DNA of 64,000 nt, taken from contig NC_043000.1 of NCBI RefSeq assembly GCF_006345805.1, positions 95,232,001 through 95,296,000 on the forward strand, written 5' to 3'. Source of the DNA: Octopus sinensis. Taxonomy: Eukaryota. Below are positions 54,220 to 64,000 of this stretch, piece after piece. Position numbers and translations under genes: made by a program. The notes beneath the pieces were generated by a model. The model had not been told where the DNA came from. It saw only the letters and a list, made by a program, of their open reading frames with translations, and ran no database searches. Each line of letters begins with the position of its first letter. Position 1 is the stretch's first letter.

Positions 54220-55015
54220 AATATATATATCGTAGGTAGAATCATGACAGGTTTAGATATTTTACTTTTTGTGAACAAGACTATATCTATAGATTTTCTT
54301 CAATCTACTCTGAAAGTAACGATGCATGTAAACAACACATCTATATAGATAAGATTGTCGTGATCAGAATCATGCTATGTTTCAGTCCTCTTTTTCACTG
54401 TCCACGAAAACAATTAATATGTCCTCTATTTTTAAAGACGTAAGCAGAACGACTAGCTGGCCAAATCGTAAGCACTCCAGCTTAACGAGACTGAATACAC
54501 GAGTTTTTATGTTTAAAGCTTTCTAGCCAGCAAATTCGAATATTATATCATCGGCATGTTAACAATTTTTTCAAGTATTGTACAATAGAATGTTTCGATT
54601 TTTTAAAATCGTTCTGTTACGATGGATGTATTACACCACTTTTGTATATAATACATACATACATACATACATACATACAGATATATATATATATAATTAT
54701 ATAATATCTATATATATTATATATATATTATATATATATATATCGAAATATGTTACAAAAAGAAAATAGAAACTACACGTGGAAATATAAGTGGAAATAA
54801 GAAGAAATAAAACAAATAATGCACATTGGAAATCAAAAAAGGTAAATGCTTTTTATGAAAAGTAACGATAGATATATACAATTGGATGAACTGGGGTAGG
54901 AATAAAAGTAATAAAAGTCATTATTGTGATTGTTAGAGATTAAAAGCATACCGGTTTCGTGAATTTACTAATCATTGCTTTGAATGCACACCGAATATAT
55001 ATATATATATATATA

Positions 55016-55058
<43 letters not shown>

Positions 55059-55260
55059 TACTGATAAGAAGAATGAAGATTTTTTCACATCCACAATTTA
55101 TTTAGCAGTTATTTACGCAATGTGTGCATGTGTGCATGTGTGTGTGTGTAAGTCGTCTAAGAGTCCATAAGTTAGGAAAATATGCACTCGTATATCTGTC
55201 AATAAAGTGGGTATATTACCCGAAGTTTACAGTATTATGTATAAATTATGGCCGATCTTA

Positions 55261-55489
55261 TTTCTTTATTGACCACAAGGGGTAAAACATAGAGGGGACA
55301 AACAAGGACAGACAAAGGGATAAAGTCGATTACATCGACCTTAATAAGTAACTCGTACTTAATTTATCGACCCCGAAAGGATGAAAGGTAAAGTCGAGCT
55401 CGGCGGAATTTGAACTCAGAAGGTAACAGCAGACGAAATACCGCCAAGCATTTCGACCGGCGTGCTAACGTTTCTGCCAGCTCGCCGCC
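55261..55489 (-). mobile_element. Full-length SINE family A with 16-bp TSD
   Basis: ATTATGGCCGATCTTA at 55245-55260 and 55490-55505. Confidence 0.92.
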
Positions 55490-55744
55490 ATTATGGCCGA
55501 TCTTACCTATCAGTTTTCCGCCAGGGATTCAACGGAATGTTAGGTAGCAATCCGATTATGTAACCCCGCGTAGGGTTACATAATACTGTACATTTTGGAT
55601 TATATATATGTGTAGGTGTGTGTATGTATATATGTATGTATATATAATATATATAAATATATCTATATATATATATATATATATATGTATAGATATATAT
55701 ATTATATATATATTATATATATATAAAATATATGTTCATTACTC

Positions 55745-55922
55745 AACAGAAGAAAGAGTGGTGAAAGAGTACAGCAGGATCACCACCCCCTGCCGGAGCC
55801 TCGTGGAGCTTTTTAGGTGTTTTCGCTCAATAAACACACACAACGCCCGTCTGGGAATCGAAACCGCGATCCTGCGACCCGCGAGTCCGCTGCCCTAACC
55901 ACTAGGCCATTGCGCCTCCACC
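55745..55922 (-). mobile_element. tRNA-derived SINE (separate family, intact A and B boxes)
   Basis: Minus strand GGAGGCGCAATGGCCTAGTGGTTAGGGCAGCGGACTCGCGGGTCGCAGGATCGCGGTTTCGATTCCCAGAC followed by a non-tRNA body. Embedded in (TA)n. Confidence 0.8.
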
Positions 55923-55943
55923 ATACATATATATATATTATAT

Positions 55944-55974
<31 letters not shown>

Positions 55975-55994
55975 CATATATATATATATATATA

Positions 55995-56057
<63 letters not shown>

Positions 56058-56488
56058 ATTGTATTATATATATATTTATATCTATATATATGATATATGT
56101 ATATATATAATATATATATATATTATATATATATATAATTAATTGTATATATATATATTATGTAATATATATATATATTATATATATATATATATATGTA
56201 TTATATATATATATATATATATGATATATATCTTGTATTATGTATATATAATATAGATAATATATATATGTATATCTATATATATTAATGTGTATATATG
56301 TATATATATATAGTTATATATGTCTTATATATATAAACAAATATATATATAATATTATATATATTAATATATTATGTATATATATATATAATATATATAT
56401 ATATATTATATATATTATATATATATATATAGCAATAGATATATATATACTATATATATATATATCTATATATATATATATATATATC

Positions 56489-56555
<67 letters not shown>
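55922..56555. repeat. About 630-bp interrupted (TA)n tract; other long tracts at 10613-10710, 29340-29585, 33830-33985, 52990-53180
   Basis: Direct reading. Confidence 0.97.
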
Positions 56556-56558
<3 letters not shown>

Positions 56559-57641
56559 CGTGGTCTAAGAATTAGTTTTCGAGATATTAAGTAAACGGAT
56601 AATAAACACGTCTTCGGACTGGTAGTATGGTAAAATGTTTTCTGCTATATGGATTTGAGAAATGTACAACTTGCGCACGAGTTGTGGTAGATCGATTACA
56701 TTTATAATACTCTATGCTTTGATTTTCTATATATGTGTATGTGCGTGTGTAAGTGTGTGTGTGTGTGTGTGTGTGTGTGTTAGTGATGTGTGTGTATGTG
56801 TGTAAATGTTTGTGTGTAAGTGTGTAAATGTTTAAGTGTGTGTGTGTATATGTGTTGTCTTACAACCATCAAGTCAAAGTTGTGACATGTACGAACGTTT
56901 CCGCTTTGTTTTGTTTTTCTGTTCAAGAAAATATTGTACATACAGACATATTGTTTGAATCTATCGTAACGTTATAGTATTGGCTAAAAAAGAATTTGAT
57001 AAATTCTATCGTAAAGCACAACAAAGAAACAAAACGTTATCAACATACTAGTAATTTGATATGTCAACTTCGCCTATGTTTTTCATTTTCCGTTACGTAA
57101 AGAGAACTAGAAACAATGTGACAATGTGATTGATTGTTTCTTCACAGTATACAGTTAACTTCATAAATATCTTTCTGGTAGTTTCCAGTTATGAGATTTT
57201 GGTCTTGCATCGCGAGGAAAAATCATTTCGCTTTCAGAGATTTTGAATCCTGGGATTGTTAGATTGTACCTACTTGTTTCCTTACTCATTTCCTTTCGGT
57301 CATTTTTTTTTTCTTCCTTTTGTCGAATATTGATCATCTTTCTGTTTTAACATTCTCCTCATTTTCTGCTTATATTTGTTTGCATCACTGAAACAGAAAT
57401 GCTTGTTTTGTTTTTGTTTTCATTTCATTACCTCGTAGCTCTGTTAATTTTTTATACATCACTAGATCTTTATTTCTCATCCTACAATGGAAATTTATAA
57501 TCAGTTATATGCAACAGTAATAAGTAAAAATAGCTATCTGTGTAACATAATTTATATACATCACTGAAGTAAATTTGCCGCAGTATTCGTATAGAGAGAA
57601 TATCTCTGAAGGACGTACTGTGTTTAACAATACAATTATTA

Positions 57642-57721
<80 letters not shown>

Positions 57722-57801
57722 CACGTATGTATGCATCGGGAACAGACGAAAATCGACTTTGCAGTCGCTAATGAGAATGCTAGATGCATTTTTGTCTCAT
57801 T

Positions 57802-57990
57802 AGGCGTTGTTAGTAACATGTACTCATAGACAACCGTGTGCTAAGACGTTGTGTATAGCGTATGTTTTTATTCAGCCGGGTGACTAATCCCAAAACCAGT
57901 AATTATTCATTCGCTGATTTATCATATCGGTGACAGCAGATTTTATCTTAGCATGCAGTTGACTGTGAGTACATGCTACTGACAACGCCC
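57802..57990. mobile_element. About 190-bp MITE-like element with about 31-bp imperfect TIRs
   Basis: GCGTTGTTAGTAACATGTACTCATAGACAAC versus the reverse complement of GTTGACTGTGAGTACATGCTACTGACAACGC (4 mismatches). No clean TSD. Confidence 0.6.
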
Positions 57991-60184
57991 AATTACGCAG
58001 AAATGCCACATCTAGCATTCACACCAACTACTGCTTGGATGATTTTCATTTCTCTTCAATATATATATTGAGATTTTAAACAGAGCATGTTCATAAAAAA
58101 TGTCACCCAGCAAACACAGCCGTAGATTTACTTTTCAAAGCGTATTTACACTAAATATGGACACACAGTTACATAATTTTTCTAAGTGTTCTTAGTAAAT
58201 ATAACCTTTTGTGTGTCAGCATTTGAGTGGTGTATTCTAAGTGAAATCATTATTTTCATTGTTTTTCTATCTAGTTATGCTACTTCACTTAACTTCTTGA
58301 GAGCAATTATAACAGAAACATATTACTATAATAGCTAGGCAATTTATCCAAATTTCAATTATTAATGTAATGTATAATAACCTTTTAACCAGCTAATTTA
58401 TTCTCTCATTGCATGCTTTGTACTTTATCTACTTCATTGAATCTCAATAAATTATCAATGTGGTTTAGGACTGATTAATTTCGGTCTCTTTATTTAATAA
58501 AGAATTACTGATTATTTTATTAGCTTTCCTTTCGTCAATGGCTTGACACATTTTATTCAAACTAAATTGCATCCGAATTTTCATGTGAGCCGTATATAAC
58601 AGAGTTTTCATTTGTTAGTCATCTACATTATACTGCTTCAATCCTCAAACCATCCATTTACATCTTTTTTTTTATCCTATATAGTGATGTGTCTGCATCC
58701 AATTCATTTATTTCCCCCTCTCTCCTCTCTCTCTCTTTCTTTCTTTCTTTCTCTACTAGACATGAACAAACAAAATGGAAGTAAAAAATTCTTGAGCTGA
58801 TGCGCGAAACAATGACTAAAAGTAAACCAAACCAAACCTGATACCAGTTCAAATATGTTTGAGAGATATTTGAATCCGTAAAAAGCATTTCACTGCAATT
58901 TGACGTGGAAAGAAAATTCTCGCTGGAGAATAAAAGGTGTAAAAACCTCATTGTTAGTTCATAAAGCTATTGGACATTTGGGTACGTGTTTCGAACTAAT
59001 TTTTTCTCAACAGTGCCAAATATCAAAAGCGACAGCTGACTAGAGAAACCTAGCTTCTCTTATTTTAAAAAGGCCAAAAATATTAACTGATTGTGTATAT
59101 CGCCTGTTGGGCCGTAGTAAATTCGTGGGTAGATGCTTGAAGTGGTGACTGAAAGTAAATCAAACTTGATAACAGTTCAAATATGTCTGACATTTATTCA
59201 AAGCCGTAAAATCGTTTCGCTGCAATTTGTAATAGTCTCGTGGACGCTAATAAATATATTACAGAGATTGCGGAGAATGCTAAAATAGTAAAATGGTCAC
59301 TAGTAGAAAAGATTTGGCAAAACGGAAATGAGTAAAGAAGCACGGTCTGATAATTTTTCATAACTGCTCGAATAAATATGGTAGCGTCAGACAGAAACTA
59401 TATCGCTTCAAAAATTCCTCATCTCTATTTGTTTAGACCTGTGCAACACTTATTCAAGATGTGCTTGAAGTATTTACTTTATACTGATACTGCCTTTATC
59501 ACAACTGATATTTCTACAAACCACGAATGAAGAACAATGTACAAATAATTCTTGTAATCAACTTAGACTCAGTTTCTAATTTAATTAAATTCATTTTCTT
59601 CTAGAATCTTCAGTTTTGAATTTGTCGATTATATTTCCTCTTTAGATCTGCAAGTATCCTTCCCAGCTTCTTCTATTTCTCTAGAAACATATAGGTCTTT
59701 TCTTCTTTTTCTGGTGAGCATTCTCTGATGAACACTTTGTAATAATATTAACGTTTTCGTATTGATATAAGAATATTACCTGCCATTTGAGGTTTCGTCT
59801 GTCTAGAGGATTAACAAATTTTCTTTCTCATTGAATCATTCAAGTATTATATCTGACTCAGTGAATAAATCTTTAAATATACGCAAAAGCTTGTTGTGCT
59901 CAAGTGAAACAGCATTAAATTGTAAATATCTGTGTGTCATGCTAAACATATATACACCAATGACAGGCATGATGCTGTAGCTTTAGTCTGAGAAAAAATC
60001 TCTTCACGGAGATGTGTTAAAAAAAACAATATAAATAAGAGTAGTAAGAAGTTTGGTTCTCAACTACATGGTTCCGGGTTCTGTCCCACAGCGTAGCACC
60101 TTGGGCAAATGCTTTCTATTATAGCCCCGGATTGACCAAAGCCTTGTGAGTGAATTTGGTAGACGGAAGCTGAAAGAAGTCGTC

Positions 60185-60232
<48 letters not shown>

Positions 60233-60852
60233 AGTGGCGACTCCCGCGCTCGGGCTGTTCGGGCTTAAATTTAGTAAAGCGAACGCGTATTTGCAATAAG
60301 ATTTCATTTCTATCAACACTGGCTTCAATTATATAATTTCAGTTAATAACTTGGGCTCTTTTTATTGAGCGTTGTCGCAGTTCATTTACTTTCGTTCAGC
60401 GTCTGGCGGTCGTCTTAGAGGTGTCCTGTGTCAAAAAATATCATTCGTAGGAGACGTTCTCCCGACATCGTTCACACGCGCCTGACTCGGTGCAAGTTGT
60501 TACCTATAATCGTAAAAATTAAAAGTATTTCAAATCCAATGTTTTCTTGAAACAATAGATTTCTATAGAGATTAGGATTTAAATTCCAGTTTATGAAAAG
60601 CTTCCGTTCTACAATATTCTTAAAGGAGCGAAAAATTACCCAGCAACTCGGGCTAACACGAACGAGCCTGGTAGGTATAAAAGACTAACTGGTATCTCTA
60701 GTCAAGAGTTCAGGTGACAGTAAGATTGCTGATGTTTGTTGTGCACCCCGCTGTCGTTATTTCATTGCTGTTATTCTGTGAAAGTGTCTTTAACTACAGC
60801 CCTGGGCCGACCAAAACTTTGTAAGCGGATTTGGTAGACGGAAACTGAAAAA

Positions 60853-60889
<37 letters not shown>

Positions 60890-61187
60890 TGTGTCTGTGT
60901 GTGTTTGTGTGTGTGTGTCTGTGTGTGTCTGCGTGTGTGTGTGTGTCTGTGGCTGCGTGTGTGTGTGTGTGTCTGCGTGTGTGTGTCTGTCTGTGTGTGT
61001 GTTTGTGTTTGTCCGCTTGACAACCGATGATGGTGTTTACGTCTCCGTTCGGCAAAAGAAACACATAGAATAAGTACTAGGCTCACAAAGAATATTCCTG
61101 GCGTCGATTTATTCGACTAAAGGCAGTGCTCCAGCATGACCGCAGTCAAATGACTGAAATAAATAAAAGATAAGAATAAAAAAAAGA

Positions 61188-61266
<79 letters not shown>

Positions 61267-61489
61267 ATATATGTATATACATATATTTATGTATGTACGT
61301 ATTTATGTGTGTGTCTTTGTGCTCACCATCACTTGACAACCGACGTCGATGTGTTTACCTTCCCGTAACTTAACGGTTCAGCCAAAGAGACCGGTTGAAG
61401 AAGTACTTACAAAGAATATATATCAACTAGAAGACACTGTATAGCCTAGATCAGAATGTGGTTTCTGTGTTGGTCGTTGTTCAATTGAC

Positions 61490-61900
61490 ATGATATCCGC
61501 TTCACATCAGGAGAAGGTCGGAGAGCAGAACCAAGATCTGTATATGGTCTTTGTTGATTTAACGATAAACCGTGAAGCCTTCTTAAAAGTCATGCGCGAG
61601 TTTGGCTGCTCAAAAAAGATGATCAGATTAAGAAGCTCATTTCACATTGATAAGAGAGCCTCCGTGAATAAAGGTGATTCGGTTTCAGACACTTTCCCTG
61701 TAAAAAAAATGGAGCCAAGTAGAGCTGTGTAATGGTCCCCGGCTTGTTTGCAATAAACTTTTCAACCATGTTGCAAGCTACATTGAGAGATGTTGACAAG
61801 GTATTCATATCCAATTTAGGACAGACGGAAAGATTTCCAATCTGCAACACCTCAGAGACAGAATCAAAGTCAGGGAAGAACTTCTATACTACGATAGCTT

Positions 61901-61977
<77 letters not shown>

Positions 61978-62260
61978 GTTAATGCCGTCAAGTCCTCCGG
62001 CTTTATAATCTGCTTCAGGTAAACTCAGATCTTACACCAGCCAACACCTGGAAAACCGAAACAAGATCTTATTGTTACGATGAAAAATATCACAGTAAAA
62101 AATGTTTTGTCAAAATTCTGTTACCTGAGAAACATCCTGTCGAACTATGCCCAGACAAAGAGATCACCCAGTGATTATCAAAGGTAAGTTCAGCTTTCGG
62201 GAGACTCCAGTTCGTGTTGTGGGAAGATCATGGAAACTGATTGCCCACAAAAATAAAATT
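61490..62260 (+). mobile_element. Decayed RTE LINE reverse transcriptase fragment interrupted by (CT)n at about 61900-61972
   Basis: QEKVGEQNQDLYMVFVDL...FGCSKKMI...VMVPGLFAINFSTML, continuing after the microsatellite as KFCYLRNILS. Confidence 0.7.
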
Positions 62261-62816
62261 GTAGCAGGCGCTAAATAAAATGGCTAGGGTTCATTCTATC
62301 TCCGTTGCCTTCGTTCAATTTGCAACATTAAGTGGCAAGACAAAGTCCCCCCATTCTTATTTGCAAGATGTGACATACTAGGCATAGAGAGTCTCTCTAT
62401 AGCTGAGGTGGGCTGGTCATGTGAAACGCGTAGAAGAGACTTGTTAATCTAAATTCATCTTCTACAATTAAATTAGCAGAATCATCAGGGACCAATACCG
62501 CCCGCTGCTGTTTTAAGGACACCCTAAAGATTCGTTTGAAAACCTACAAGATAAACCTGAAGATATGGGGATCGGAAAGACTGACTAGAGCTCAGTGGAG
62601 AAGCTCCTACTATCTCCCGTTTTGAAGTATCCTACTACAACGTCTGCAACCTGATCTGTTGGTCCTAGATAGGTATGAATCCCCACATGAGACAACACTG
62701 TACATCGGTGTCTGTCGGAGTAACGAGTGAGACCACCGCATCGTATGTGTGTGTATGTGTGTGTAGGAGTACAGAAGGAAAGAGAGGGAAATATCTAGTT
62801 AGCAAGATAGGTAGAT

Positions 62817-62899
<83 letters not shown>

Positions 62900-62925
62900 A
62901 GATTGTCAGGAAGGCCGAGGGTGTC

Positions 62926-63517
62926 TTGGCATCACTCAGCAGGTCTTTTGTTAGCCGCTCTCCAGCCATCTATTTAAAACTGTATACAGCTATGGTACGA
63001 CCACACTTGGAATTCGCATCATCAGTTTGGAACCCCTATCTTGCACAGAACATTGACCTCCTGGAATCTGTCCAGAGACGTGCAACCAAACGCATACCCT
63101 CCATCAGACACCTACCATATTCTGAGCGCCTTGTTTCCCTGGGCATGGATTCACTGAAGCTCCGGCGTTTGGCGACGGACTTGGTAAACACCCACAAAGT
63201 TATCAACCACCTCACCAACAACAACACTGAACACCTTTTTGATCTCCATGTGTCTAACACACGTGGACATGCCTACAAAGTCAGAAAACAATACAGCTCC
63301 CATGACTTTCGGAAACATTTTTTCACGCTCAGAGTTGCTGAAGCATGGAATAAACTGCCTGCGTCAGTTGTTGACTGCCATGACACTGCATCTTTTAAGG
63401 CCCTCATGCTTTCCGAAATCCGCCGAAACTTCACCTGATTATATATACACTTTAGATGAGTTGTAGTGCACCTGAGCACTGTACACAATTATTATTATTA
63501 TTATTATTATTATTATA
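62926..63517 (+). mobile_element. CR1-clade LINE 3' end with (ATT)n tail
   Basis: LYTAMVRPHLEFASSVWNPYL...LESVQRRATK...YSERL...SLKLRRL..DL...NTRGH..KV...RKHFFTLRVAEAWNKLP, then a short 3' UTR and (ATT)n at about 63490-63517. Confidence 0.92.
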
Positions 63518-63947
63518 ATGATGCTCACGCATTCTAACATTTTGCTATATTCTTCATCCTCCTAACTTTTATATTATAGATGAATAATATCATTTCTTCT
63601 TACACGCTTTGAAAAACCAGATCTGGTGAAATATAAAGTCACTGTCACCTTTTAAATGTTCATATATAAGACTATACATATATACCTACACTATAATAAA
63701 TAAAGTAAGATAAAGTAAAGTAAAATATTAGTTGTGTGTAACTTTTACTAAAAGAAAGCAATTATTAAAATCTTACAATTTCCAATTTTAATATTGTTTG
63801 ATCAAAATATCGTTTTCAATTTTCTTTTATTATTAAAGATTTCAAATACACGATTCAATTAGAAAAACTAGATTTTATTTACTGCCAGACAAGTTTTTAA
63901 CGTCTTAAATTTGTGTCCCTCTTCTTCTGCTGTTTCCTTACAACACA

Positions 63948-63997
<50 letters not shown>

Positions 63998-64000
63998 CTC

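Noticed and set aside
55555-55584. 12-bp perfect hairpin ATTATGTAACCC-N6-GGGTTACATAAT as terminator or binding site
   Set aside because: It is a single occurrence with no supporting context, and Rho-independent terminators are irrelevant in this genome.
59620-59900. Coding-like minus-strand text (EHNKLLRIFKDLFTESDII...), with a similar impression at 40330-40600
   Set aside because: Multiple stops and no recognisable motif. At best an ancient TE remnant.
60228-60700. Third Helitron-like element next to (TA)n
   Set aside because: No clear 5'-TC start and an ambiguous hairpin/CTAG end. Likely a repeat, but it could not be classified.
62388-62440. GAAACGCGTA hammerhead half-site with GTCTCTC/GAAGAGAC pairing
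   Set aside because: No CUGANGA in the correct position and no helix II.

Overview
This is AT-rich, microsatellite-saturated animal genomic DNA. The SINE repertoire and repeat load suggest a cephalopod, probably Octopus (inference; not searched). No confident host gene is present; one possible terminal exon lies at 1599-1893 (-). The window is a patchwork of decayed mobile DNA: a Chapaev3/CMC-type transposon, a mariner cut by a 100-N gap, a Tigger/pogo derivative, MITEs, two non-autonomous Helitrons, RTE, CR1 and L1/Tx1 LINE fragments, several tRNA-derived SINE families, and many Penelope-like element (PLE) remnants. The most striking signal recurs at least six times in unrelated sequence families: head-to-head fold-back duplications of PLE termini with one arm about 80-150 bp longer, sitting in or next to (TA)n tracts. 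Most carry type I hammerhead ribozyme (HHR) motifs with palindromic helix III. A decayed tandem repeat of about 300 bp at 1-710 also has HHR-like cores (retrozyme-like). All alignments and folds were done by eye, so element ends are approximate unless a TSD or TIR is quoted.
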